Part shown: in pieces, positions 1-12,199 of the stretch
How the letters are laid out: every line of letters starts with the position of its first letter
Numbering within the stretch: position 1 is the first letter of the stretch
Assembly: GCA_002633005.1 (NCBI GenBank)
Contig: NMRA01000534.1
Coordinates: forward strand, 188,382 to 252,381
DNA length: 64,000 nt
Direction: 5' to 3'
DNA from: Phoronis australis
Taxonomy: Eukaryota > Animalia > Phoronida
The notes under the pieces: generated by a model
What the model saw: only the letters and a program-made list of their open reading frames with translations
Told to the model about the DNA's origin: nothing
Database searches by the model: none
Made by a program: the position numbers and the translations under genes

Positions 1-1362
1 TCGACAATGACTTTTGACCAAAGACCGGTTGCATACAAGCAGTGTCTTGAATAGAAACCATGGCGGTTCCGCAGGGTAAGCCACGGCCAGTTAAAAGGAA
101 ACCGATCCTGTTTTGATGATTTCGTTCTGCTAATGCATCATTGGTTTCACCGTGGAAGATAAAAGCAGGAACCAACCGACAACGGATGATTCTAAACCCC
201 CCTGAACCCCCAATACCTCGACTCCCTAGATCCACAACCCCCTTGACCCACAACCCCCCCGACCCACGACCTGTGGTAATAGCTAGATGTATCTTTGAGC
301 TTTTTACACATTTCATAATCATATTGCGTCGCTGAATGACTTTCCCTTTACACTGACTTATCTACACCCGAATCTACTCTGGCTCAAGTCTGGTGGTAAG
401 AACAGAAAGTGGCGTAAGAACATGATCTGAAATAGCGAATTGTGAGCGTGCCATCGGTGTCACGGAAATAGTTCCACGAGCGGCTAACAATGGCCCTGTT
501 CTACTAAATTTAGGGAGGGAGTACATTAACGTGAATGGACATAATTTCGCATTTTATTATTTGCTATCTGTTGTATAATCGTTTGCAATATACTCCACGT
601 AACGTTGAGCTAGTTTTTAATTCACAGTTTTTTCAAACTGTATTTACTGAAGAAATTACGTATTCGTCGGTTCCTCGCACTCTCCCAAAAAAGCTTGAGT
701 CTGCCATTCACTGAAGAGCAGACGAGACGATTACACTTCGCCGAGAACGACATTTGTAACGTTAATAGGTCTTCGATTTGATTTGATCGCATTGATTTTA
801 TTTCTGATTTTGGCTTTCAGACTAGCCGAATCGACTCTCTTAATTGCAAAAAAAAGACAAGGAAAAGCCAGCCGAGCTCGCAGCCCGACTCGTTGGTCCT
901 GCAAGTGAGAGCTTGTTCTGTGTTCAGATCTAGTCGAGCTTCTGCAGACTGGGTCGAGGGGGTCGTGGGGTGTGGGGAACGAAGAGGTTTTACAAAAATT
1001 CACTAAAAATTCATATCCCCTATCTCACAAATTGGACATTACGCTCCTTGCCGTGTAATTCGCTAGAAGCGTAGGTCACGCTTGCGCGTTTAACTTAGAA
1101 CAGAGTTTTCTAATTTTCCTCCAATTTTTTAGGGTTGTCGAGGATTACATAACATTATTTTGTTGCAGACAATTGAGAAAATCGTTTTCAGTATCTGTTA
1201 ATAGGTATCCTTTTAGACATTAGATTGCTTTTCGATGGCGACCTCGGACTCGTAAACCAATCCGGTTGACCCGGCGAAACCGGCAATGCCAGTCAAGTGC
1301 GTTTGAGGCAAGCCCATGCGGAGTCATCTTTAATTGATGAGCCCAATGCAAATTACACCAGA

Positions 1363-1399
1363 ACACACACACACAAACACACACGCACACGCGCGCGCA

Positions 1400-1434
<35 letters not shown>
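1363..1434. repeat. (CA)n microsatellite
   Basis: Directly visible imperfect CA run; it explains the CVCV/HTHT ORFs. Confidence 0.97.
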
Positions 1435-1437
<3 letters not shown>

Positions 1438-2233
1438 ATGGGCGGGAGGGGCGGGGGCATCTGCCGAGTGTTTCCTGTCTGGGACATGCTGTTGAATGGA
1501 ACTAGTTAGCATACGACATTTAATAAAAGAGGATTGTCAGTAATTTGGTATTGGGAATATTTATGAAGGTCGCGTGAACATTAGACTCAAGAGGGGATGA
1601 TGCTATTATAAACAATGTATTTTTCATAACAACGGTGAAGGTGGAATTTAGGATATTTCGACAAATCTGTCAAACGACTGTGCAGCACGTGCGAGAACTA
1701 CTGACAGACGTTATTGATTGACGCTAAGCTCGGCCTCCTGAAATGACACGCAGCGACAATCCAATTGAAACTGGAGTGCGCTCTGTAGATGCCACACACT
1801 GGCGAGGCATTTTCAACAAAAAGTCTTCGTTTGTGGTACAACAGTTCAACTTTCACCCCTCGCCGACCGATCAGCCATTTTGCTGGCGTACGCTAGTTAC
1901 AGTAGGTCCCGAGCCCCTGTTACTCCCGAAAAAACACTCACCTTGCGCATGATTTCGCCTGCCTTGAGCCTACAGAACGTACTCGTGGTCTCAAGCTGTA
2001 ACTGATTCCTTAAACCCAGAGAAATTACACTGAAGCTGGGTAAGAAATGAGTTGATGCCAGAAGGTGACAGAAGGTCAGTTTATATCATCAACAACAAGA
2101 CATGCAACACAAATTTGATCGCAATGTTCCTTTATGTTTAGAATTGTGTTGTTACATTTATAAGAAAAGTGTATACATGTATATGAACTCCCAAGTTTAG
2201 CATGGATGTTAGGACTTATGTAATACACCAATA

Positions 2234-2307
2234 GTCTCGATAGTGTAGTGGACTAGAGCGTCTGCACGGTTAGCAGAAAGTCCCAGTTTCGAACCCTCTT
2301 CGGGACA
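2234..2307 (+). pseudogene. tRNA-like sequence (tRNA pseudogene or tRNA-derived SINE head)
   Basis: 74 nt. Acceptor stem GTCTCGA/TCGGGAC, A box TAGTGTAGTGG, stem TCTGC/GCAGA with a 7-nt loop ACGGTTA lacking the canonical U33, B box GTTTCGAACC, poorly paired T stem. Confidence 0.7.
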
Positions 2308-2346
2308 GTATGAGCTGTATTCAACACATGGTGAGTATGAAGGCTG

Positions 2347-3715
2347 TTAAGGGTATCTCAAACCTTATTTAGTGGCCTTCATTCTAACTCGTATATCAAA
2401 AAACGGGCTCAGTCAACTAGTAAAAGTATACATTTTCTGTAAGAAGAAAGATCAGGGAATATGAAAATACGTTTTAGATTCATGTGCAATTATTATTACA
2501 TTAACATCTTTTTTAAAGTCAAAATTTCATTATTAAGAAAGGTACATTCATAGCAAAATAACCCTCGGTCGATTTTAATGAAACCTTTTAAATGAAAACT
2601 TCACCAGTTACCTCAAAAACACTGTTAGGAATTTTTTATTTGTCTTAAGTTTGGTTTCTATGACGAATCAACTCGCAAAACGTAAGGTATTTTTGAAGAA
2701 AAAGCAGCACTCGTATTCATCTGTCTTATAATACGCAAAAACTAGACTTTTATATCGAAAATACTAAGAGTGTGGTTGAGACTGAGGAATAAATACTAAG
2801 TTTGGAAAGTTTCAACAAAATCCATCAAGCCGTCTTAGAGAACTGGGTTCAAATCAAGTCGATTTGCCGAAGCCGAGAAAAAAATCCATTGAATTGTTAG
2901 ACACGAAAATTTCAAGCCATTCTCAAGGTCTCCGGAAAACTTGTTTACGGTCTATATCACCATGTTCACTATTTCAATATTCACTTGCAATGTCAACTGA
3001 ACTTGTAATGCGTTATTAACGCTAAAACGTTTATTGTGTGACCGTCTCCAATCCGACAATCGGGGTCAACCGTTGACCTACTTAAAAGCAGGTCAACAGT
3101 TTATTGTTATATACATAACGCACCGGGAGACTGATATGAAACCAAGTACGAAATGGACAACAGAAATCGAGTAGGTGGTTAAAGCGTGTCGTGAGCATGA
3201 GATCGAAAAAGCGAAATGTCAAATTACCTATCAAATTAATGCATTTTGGTGAGGATTTATCTCTTCACAACTTGCTGTATTCATGATCACAAAGTCACAG
3301 AGGCTTTCGGCGATGACTCGGAGCATTCGTTATCAACGACTCGATGGTCGTAAACATGCAGGCGAACAACTCCCTCAGGATCAAAACTCGGTGTTGTCCT
3401 TGTTCTCCCAAGCATCTTTCTACCACATGTACATCTCGTCGACTTGATGTTATAGCGACTCGGTGAATGAAAGGACTGGCGGGAGATTCGATTTGAGTGA
3501 CAGCCCTGTAACCTTTGACATCGGATAAGTAGTAAACAAATTTCCACCTGGTTGTGTGGTTCCAAGGTGGTTCAGCTAATCTTTTTTTTTCTCCTACACG
3601 GTATACATTTCGTATTTGAAGTTCTTCCAGAGTGAAGATGGGGTATTTTGCTAGACATATGTGAAATATTATAAAAACGGACAATTTTTGTGAATAATGC
3701 ATAACATATCGTTTA
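2347..3715 (+). mobile_element. Kolobok-like non-autonomous DNA transposon, copy A
   Basis: Left end TTAA|GGGTATCTCAAACCTTATT; decayed right end TGAATAATGCATAACATATCGTTTA. Colinear along its length with the reverse complement of 21379-23571. A TTAA target with RR termini fits Kolobok. Confidence 0.75.
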
Positions 3716-6700
3716 TTCCGATCGTTACTACATTCAGTTTTAATTTGAACTAGAAAACGTTTGGCTTTAATGACAAAGGCGCTGTTCATCTTGGTCTTGA
3801 TATTAACGAGTGCCACTAAAACAGTTACCATGACCCTGTGTTTAAGAAATCGTTTGAGACAAATTCTCAGCAATATCTGGAGACGTTTGTATTTTGCCAA
3901 CGTAGAACACCAAACGAGTTTTCTCAATTGCGGGAAAAATACATGAAACTACCAAATTACACTTTTACACGTGACATTCATTGTTATTTTCCAATCCTAC
4001 GTTTTCTTAACATCTATGATAATCTATTGATTCTGTAGCTTTGACGACATGAGTACCCAAATTTCGACTGATCAACTGCTTGTTTTAAATTACCAAATTG
4101 GTACAGCTTCTCCAACAGTGGAACGAAACTTGGGACACACTGTGTTATTTTTCCTGGACATATGTCGAACATGAACATATATAGCGTCACACAGATGTGG
4201 TAATGAATCTACTACGACCTTGCAGACGCACTCATAAGAACTGTACATTCAGGTGGCTTCGTCATTTCTACATCTGATATACAAGCTAGTGGTACTTAGT
4301 CCACAGATTTCCTGCCTTCTCATATATGCATATATACGAAAGATTACATTAAAATAAAACCACCATTATGGTACTAGAAGCTTCAAACATTACACTTAAA
4401 AAGAGAAGCGTTTAGGTTTTTTACAAAATGAAGCACAGGCTCTAGAACAATCAACGTTATCAAGATACTTTTTCCTTTAGAAATTTCTTTGGACTGCTAG
4501 CATATTTGAATTTTGATCATCGAAGTGTGAAATATTTTAATAAGAAATTCTGCGATGTCAGTGGACTACATTACTAAGATGATAAACTCTACAAAAATAA
4601 TCTACACGTTTCGGTAGTGAATTCAGTACGTTACAGACCGAATCGGCCAATTCGCAGTGTTGAACAGTTCTTTTGTAAAATTTATACAGAAACAATGAGA
4701 ATCAGAAGGTAAGGTCCTGGTCTGCGTTTATTTTTAAAAACCGAGTCGGTGGTACGGCATTTTTATTTGCGCCCTTTTTCAAAAAAGAAAATCTATCTGA
4801 GACGAACTAAAATGACGCAGATTTGTTCTATTTTTAATCATCACTTGGAAAATCCTGTTGTTTTAAACCTTGTTTACGTGAGTTTGTGCAGCTTTAGAAA
4901 AAAAACACGAGACATTGTCTGAACTGATACGGGTGAGCGTTTTTTAAGTCGGTGAGTGCGGGTCTAGTCAAAAGGAGTCGGGCTATTAAAGCCCTGAACT
5001 AAGCTAGTGTTTTTTGTCCTAACCTATTTTACTTAAACAAACCCAATGCATTGGTATCCATAAATCACTATCAGCAAAGTATTGTGCCTCTAAAAACAAA
5101 TGAATTTTATTGTTTTGAAAAACAACGACAGTTAGCGGGTTAAAAACGTTGATTTGGTCACGACTTCGGCTATTTAAATTCCCCGGTTGCTCAGAGTAAA
5201 CAAATTATGACGATTTGAGCTGTTAGGTATACGGCAGAACGAAATAGTTTCATCAAAGAAAAACACGCTTTACTACAGTTTATGAGCGACATTATTTTAT
5301 TATTTGACAGAACCTTTTCGAGTTTGCACTCGAGACTTTACTGGAGATATTAGCGATCGTTTCTACTCGTCAAGGACGTTCTATTTTGATACGAAATGGC
5401 GCTGCAGGGATCTTGGAATTAATGAATGGAAATTGATGGCATGAAAATTGATGGATACAAATGGCAGAAGGCGTTGTCGCATGCAGGTCTTAATAAAAAG
5501 GCACTCCGGAAGAAAACATTTCAGATTCTATAGCTTTCATGTCACGCAAGGGGCAACGCATGTGTTGTCTAGATTCGCCAAGTATTTTCCACGTATTGTA
5601 TCCCTGGCATTATACTGGCTGGGCGAAACGATATTTACACCTCATTTGCATCATAATTACGTTTCCGACCACATCTGACATTTTTGAACCCAATTCCCAA
5701 CAACCACAGTGCTCGACTGAAATTAATGCAAAGTGCTTACTCTTCTAGTCATAACATTAGCATGAACAGTTGAATACCTTCGAAGTCATTTGTTCGATGA
5801 GTTAATCTATTCAGAACCGATAGCAAAGAAGTTGCGGTGACGCTGATTTTCTTTAGTTAATTTACTAACAAGAAAACTCATCACCAAGGATTTTGAGAAA
5901 GTTTTTTGTTGTATTAATACATTTTGATATGCGGTTAAAAGTTGTCTCTTCAAATTTAGCTTACAGGCAGGATTCCCACAATCTAATTTCTTTTCAAGCT
6001 AAGTTCAAACAAACGTGAATTAAGCGGAGTCGGGAGTTAATTATAAAGACTCCTTGACATCACTTTTCGAAAAAATCTAACCCGAGTTTAGAAAACGAAA
6101 TCTCACGCTCACAGGATGTGTCAATCACAACGTTGTTATGTAATCGTACTGCCAATTGCTGAGATACTGCTAAGCAGACTAACCAGTTACATGAGAAAAC
6201 ACAGTCGGGCCCAACCAGGGTAGATTATCTTCCTCTCACTCACTGCAAGGGCGTTCTTGTTTCACGAGACCTAATTCTTTCCTCGTGTGCAGAAGTCATA
6301 GTCTTAGGAATGCAATTCTTTCTCGTAAACCGTACGTATTCCTCCCAATAGCGTTCATTAAGATCTGACACATTGTATCAAGCAAGTGCAATTTGTGCCT
6401 CCTTCAAGACGAGAAGAGAAATATGGTTCGTGAGAAAAGAAGCGAGTTCGGAAGAATATAGTTGCGGTCTGGGAAAAAGAAGTGCAAAATGAAACAAAAG
6501 AACCACGGCAATGAGAAATGTGCATTGTTAATACGAACGTCCGTGCGGAACGCGAGGGGAGACTGTTTTCTCAACAATAGTGTTTGCATGATGACTTTTC
6601 TGGAACAACTTAGTTCCCTGCTTACAACATGAAAATTAACATTTGCAACTTAAGTCTACGCAACGCGCCAACTGCAGTTTTCCTTATTCCAACAATTTTC

Positions 6701-6929
6701 TTTCGTGTGTGTTCTGCATAAATTACCACTGAATCAAAATAAATCACTTCCTACCATCAACTGTAACATGCGTTTTGTACGTTACATCAATTAAAACTGT
6801 CTCAGGTGATATTTTGCTATTTAGTTTTACAAACAGGTGGAAAAATTGGCTGCGCAAATGCAAGACAATACGAAAGAGTAAGACCAGAACAGATAGGCCT
6901 GGGGGTTCATTGCTTCGCCAGTTGTGTAA

Positions 6930-7560
6930 GAAAGTAAGTACGTAAGTAAGTAAGTAATTGAGTAAGTAAGTAAGTAAGTAGGTAGGTAGGTAAGTAATTA
7001 AGTAAGTTAAGGTTTTTTGAAGTCGGTATTGTTCACAGACAAAACCTTTGCATGTGCTAGTTCCCGACAGAAATTGAGGAAGAATTATACGACAGTTTAA
7101 GAGAACTATATATAGACATACATGAAAAAACAAATGCATAACTTGAATAAAACGTTACAAATCCTACAATACTCACAACTATGACACTCACACGAGACAT
7201 TAAAAATTATGTTTACATGTCTTCTGAAGGCACTCAGATGATTCATGTTGCGTACATTACTTGGCAGCAAATTCTATAGCTTAACACCTATGTAGCCAAG
7301 ACATTTTTGTCCTCGTACAAAAGTCTGGTATACAGAACGTATTAGTATTGCGTAGTCCATATAAGTTGTGCTTCATACCAAAAACATTACCCAGACTGCA
7401 TGGACCAAACCTTAGCACATAACATTTTCCTACATGAACTAATATTTATATGTTTTACATTTTGTACGCAAACCGACAACGAAAAACCTTACCTTTTGTA
7501 TAACAACAAAATACGCCAACCTCAATATCTCGAAACGTTTGCATCCCAACGTGTCAGACA
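6930..7560 (-). mobile_element. 3' end of a CR1/L2-group LINE with (ACTT)n tail
   Basis: Minus strand 7210-7375 reads YGLRNTNTFCIP..GQKCLGYIGVKL*NLLPSNVRNMNHLSAFRRHV across a frameshift, the typical ORF2 C-terminus. The (AAGT)n run at 6930-7008 lies at its 3' end. Confidence 0.7.
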
Positions 7561-10355
7561 GAAAAGTGTGCAATAACTACTCCGTGCCGCTAATAAGCTC
7601 GCTCTCGTTCCATTGTACACAATGGCTACGCGTTCTCTTGACACGTCACTCAACAAGTAAAGGCGTTCTTAAAATAATACAGTCCTGGCCGTATAGTTTC
7701 CCATTAGGACAAAAATTGACGTATATTTCACGGACCAGCTGCCTACCATGTGGGTCATTTACGTTGTCACTGCACTGGGAAATCGCATAAATATTTATAT
7801 CAAAGTTAACGGACTGCCACTCCATTAACGATTATACAATTCGTAGACTGACCAACCTACTCCTGACCAAAGAACTGTTAATTTGCCAGCGAAGCCCCAG
7901 AGGAACCTGACAGTTCATATCAACCTCGGGTTATTTAATTTCGCCATGGGACATGTAAAGCAACAAGAGACGCAGGAGTCGCACACCAAAGAGCATCAAT
8001 GTAGTGCCAATAATCAAACGAGAAAAATGGATTCAAACAAATGTGCTTTGATTATTAGTTCCAGCTCTTGACGTTCCACTACAGCACTATCTTCAGACAA
8101 ACAAATAAGGCTAATCCGGCCAAGCTCATTCGATACAACATTCGTTAATTTCCGTACGACGTTATCGAGTACATTTAATACGTAATATGAAACCATTTAT
8201 CATACATACTGTACGTGATGATACGACCGAGCAATAATTGCCTTATGTCCAACGGTGAAATACGGAAGAACTCTTTTTCCATACTTCACATTTTTCTCGA
8301 TCGAAATTCGGTCAATTTGAAAAGAATTGCGATTATCATTTCGGCGAATCTAAAAATCCTAAGAGTCTTCGACGTACTGTCACTTCTAGACTGGCGTTAC
8401 TGCTCAGAGAATGCAAAATAAAATGCTGAACAACAGTAATATTCTAGAAGAAGCCAAATAATACACTAATAGCCTGAAAGGTATTTGTGCTTTGATTGTA
8501 ATCAGAAATTGATGGAAATTAGGATAAAAACTTGATCAAAACTACGAGAAATTCATATGTTAAAAATGACTTCAGCGACCTCAAATGGCCAACGAGTGAC
8601 TCATTGTTATGGTAAACAACATTTCTAGGCAAACACAGAAAAGCAAATCAATTTTGAACTTTCAAGCAAAAGAAATGCATTGCAATTAGAACCCTTGGTT
8701 GTAACATTTTATTTACGTAGTTGAATTTTACACACTAGATTTCAAACAAACGCAACGCCAGCAGGTAGTGACTTCTGCTACCGATAAGCGAAAACCCAGA
8801 TTTTGATGCAAATTTAAAAAAAAATCGCATGTCTTAGAAGTCTAATACTAGTTTATTTTCAAGTCGGCTTCGATTTTGCAAGTCCCATGGCTGTTCAATA
8901 TTTAAATGTTCATTTTCGTTCATGTTCTGGGTGAGGCCGAGGAAAAACTTCTGCCAGCCGTTGGCTTCCACTGAAACATGCGCGTTTCCGCTACTTAACT
9001 CACTAGAATCGGTAAATGCAGTTCGTCCGCGATGACTTTGGGTTAGTGCATCTCGAGTCACGATATCCAAGCTTGCATAAAATGAACAGAGATATAACGA
9101 ACACTTATCAACAAGTACTTCATTCATGCCTATGTTCAGCAGTTAAAGTAAAAAACTCTTTTTTGCAACAAAATATGAAAAGGAATATAAATGGCCCATT
9201 CCCATCTGTTGGAGCGCACGTACGCGACACCAGGAGAGCGTTCTGAAGACCCAAGTTTCTTGCGAGAAAAGCAAGATCTTGCAGACCTTCGCAAAATCAC
9301 ACAAGTAAAAGGCGAAAGTTTCACGAGTTCACTCGGGTGCTTACTACACTATACAAGAGGCCGCAGAAGTGATTGGTCGGTGAATCTGGAGTGTTGAATT
9401 GTGGGATTTAATTCACTGTTTCCGTTCCATAAGTGAACAATAGGAAAGGGTGATCAAGAGAAAATCAGTATGTTATGGGGTTCAAAACGATTTAAATGTT
9501 GAATTGCCAGTCCTTCTCAACCCATAAATCACTTCTAACTCTGGTAAGAGAAATTAGGACCAGATGTAAAGTGTAAAGTGGCCTAATCTTTGATTTAACT
9601 CTGGTTTTAAATGACATTTTATCAGATTGCACACACGTAAGTTTTATTTAAGGAATATAAGGATTCGTGCTTTTGTAACATGGTCATGAAAATAATGAGA
9701 CTACAGATTTTATTTAATTGCTAATAAATCTTTCCTTAGAATCTTATTTTCGCACATGTATCCGGCACTGGTATACCTGATTTTTAAATTACTGTCGAGA
9801 CATCGTTACTTCAAACACTCTCATCTTCTTAGGGCAATAATCAAGGTGAAAAGGGCAAAATACTGGAAATAAACTCCACTAAATGCATCGGTTATCAATG
9901 ATAACGGAAATAATTGCCAGTTCATATTACTTACCACATTTTTCATTTTAAATGGTTCAAGATCCGAATAACTTCCCCTAAGAGGAAGTTTAATTTTTGT
10001 TATCCAGTTGACTGCAAGGCAACTCTGCCCATAATTGGTTGATTACTGCTGTGCTGGTATTAAATTGAGATACTAGAATGCGGAGACTTATTAAACCGAT
10101 CCGCTAGAAATTCCACAATCTTTTCAGGGCTACAAGTTTTATCATCGTTGGACATTCTGATTAGTTGAAAGTAACATTCGGACCTTGGCTTTGGTTGGAG
10201 GTTGCCCTTGCGCAACTGCAACAACATCAGACTAAGTCGATGTATTCCACACATGTTCGTGTTTTGTAACTTACTCAAGATAACAAGGCATCAACTAAAT
10301 GAATAAAACGATTCAACGCGAGCCTACCAGAGTCACATCGCATTTAAGACTCCTG

Positions 10356-10773
10356 TGCCGGGTTGCATGAAACAGTCCCAAATAGACTGAACTAAGTTCC
10401 ATAAAATGAGTCTTTCTTTACTCACAGATGTAGTCTTTTTTCTATCATTTCATCTTTATTATGAGCTCCTCTTTCACTTATGAAATTTACTTATAACTAA
10501 ACTAAAAGTGAGCCCTGAATTCAATAAAAATAAATGGGGACTTAGTCCTTAATTTAGGGATGTTGCATGAAAAGATCCCTATCTATTTTCGATAATATTG
10601 AGAATTCAACGTTAAGTTCACTCTCGATTTGTATCAAGCCAAAAGCTGACTTAGTAATGAAACTAAAACAACATCAGAAAGGACAATCGGTGTTTTCAGA
10701 AGTCCGCAAGTACGCTGTAGATTTAAAGAACTTAGTTGACTCCTTATTTAGGACTACTTCATGCAACCGGGCA
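10356..10773. mobile_element. PIF/Harbinger-like MITE
   Basis: TIRs TGCCGGGTTGCATGAA / TTCATGCAACCGGGCA extending about 40 bp imperfectly; 3-bp CTG duplication on both sides. Confidence 0.8.
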
Positions 10774-10799
10774 CTGCCTTACAGAACCGCTCCAACAAT

Positions 10800-11329
10800 A
10801 GCGGATTTGCAGCGCAAACGAATTACGCATTGCGCATGTGCGAGTTACTTCCTGCGCGAAGGCTCATGGGATAGCTTGTGGTCAGGCATGTCTTGTGGAG
10901 GCTGGATAGTGTGTGCATTTGGAGCTAGGACTATAATATTACTCCCAGATTTGGAGTGATTTGCAAACTAAAAACCATGTTTCATTTTTTTGCTTTATAA
11001 TACCAAGCAAGTCCTTTCTCTCGTTTGTAAACACAGCGTAGCTATGATCAGTGACCGTGTGACCGAGGGCACGACTGTCGTCATGTTCAGTATTGGGGCT
11101 ATCGGCGTTGATTTCGAAATCTCCTCCGGTTTCAGACAAGTTGAGAGTTCTTGGGTTGCTTAACTTTTGTAGCTTTCGCCTNCAGCCAGGAACACAACAA
11201 GTGTAAGTTTTCTTCGCGCTCATACCACGTATTATGCTTGTTACTATGGCTGCTTTCGGAATCCTGACCACAGCACCCACAATGCACCATTTTAACCTAA
11301 TTTCAATATGGCGTCGCTGCAAATCCGCT
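10800..11329 (-). mobile_element. ISL2EU-like (PIF/Harbinger-related) internally deleted DNA transposon
   Basis: Perfect 15-bp TIR AGCGGATTTGCAGCG in caAT..ATtg context (AT TSD); contains a THAP-type remnant. Confidence 0.65.
10939..11223 (-). pseudogene. THAP-domain transposase N-terminal remnant
   Basis: MSAKKTYTCCVPG resembles the start of a THAP zinc finger, followed by a DHSY motif ([D/E]HxY); the core of the THAP domain is missing. Confidence 0.55.
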
Positions 11330-11724
11330 ATTGAAAGGTGTGCAAAATGATAATTATGCTGCAGTTTCCGTAGCCATCACATCGTGTCTATGATGCTGAT
11401 GTTTTCGGAAGAACTCCAACGTTTTTACGGGTTGCATTGCTGGGCAATCAGGATACCTTCCCTTTTCAGAGAGTCAGCACGATAAATACCGATCCTCTCT
11501 ATAGAGATTTAACGCCATTAAAAGGGATCCATTTTTAGGGAATTTCTGTTATAGGAAGTAGTCCTTCAATAGAACCTTGTTCCGCTTTTGAATGCAGAAA
11601 AAACTCTTTGGAATACAGCCCCGGGACCAAACGAACTTAACCTCCCTGTAAAGTTCTATTGTAAAGCCGTTCAAACATTCTGCAGTGTTATTGCCTTTAA
11701 CTGAGCTGTAACAGCTCTCTCAGG

Positions 11725-12070
11725 ATGGGACGTCACTGGTTCTGGTTACATCTTTCCATTGACGAAGTAACGGTCAGGTAAGACTGACAATGCCTAAAAA
11801 ATAACCATTTCTACGCCACAACCGGAAGAACATACTGAGATCAAATCAATGACGACCATGCCTTTATATAGTCAGTAATGAATGTGCAGGTTGGTTTTGG
11901 AATGGTTTGAAATGCCATATGTATAATGTTGGGTACATATTTTTACTTGAGTTGTTTTTTCAACAACAAAATCAATCGTGTAACTAGAAAACTTACTTAT
12001 AACTAACTTAAAGAGAATCGTAGGATAGATGAGTTGTATGAAATTGCCTTTCCAGAAGTCTCGCATTTGG
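11725..12070 (-). pseudogene. Highly decayed CR1/L2-type reverse transcriptase fragment
   Basis: Frameshifted motifs in the expected order: HSKTNL / ITDYIK / GMVVIDL / QSYLT / VNGK..PVT. Confidence 0.45.
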
Positions 12071-12199
12071 TAATTTTACCTCGTAGGATCTATTCAAGGA
12101 AAGCGTATCATATCACGTGTGCTCTGGGCTGAACACCAAGGATAACATGCAGCAAAAAATAATTACTTGGTATTTTTTCAGACGATGTTTAGCAAAATA

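Noticed and set aside
190-980. C-rich GACCCAC repeats (190-270) and G-rich GGGTCG repeats (951-977) as TIRs of one element
   Set aside because: Similarity is short and low-complexity, with no defined termini or TSD.
1220-1512. CVCV/HTHT ORFs (also 6744-7139, 20436-20771, 42602-42808)
   Set aside because: Translations of microsatellites.
1936-1980. Minus-strand micro-exon (TTCTGTAG..ATGCGCAAG|GTGAGT); similar isolated donors at ~34250 and ~60930
   Set aside because: Splice-like signals alone are expected by chance in 64 kb, and no exon chain could be built. RNA-seq is needed; small host exons cannot be excluded.
3295-3927. 210-aa ORF as a gene or transposase
   Set aside because: No recognisable motif; it crosses the end of a non-coding repeat, and the sister copy has indels in this region.
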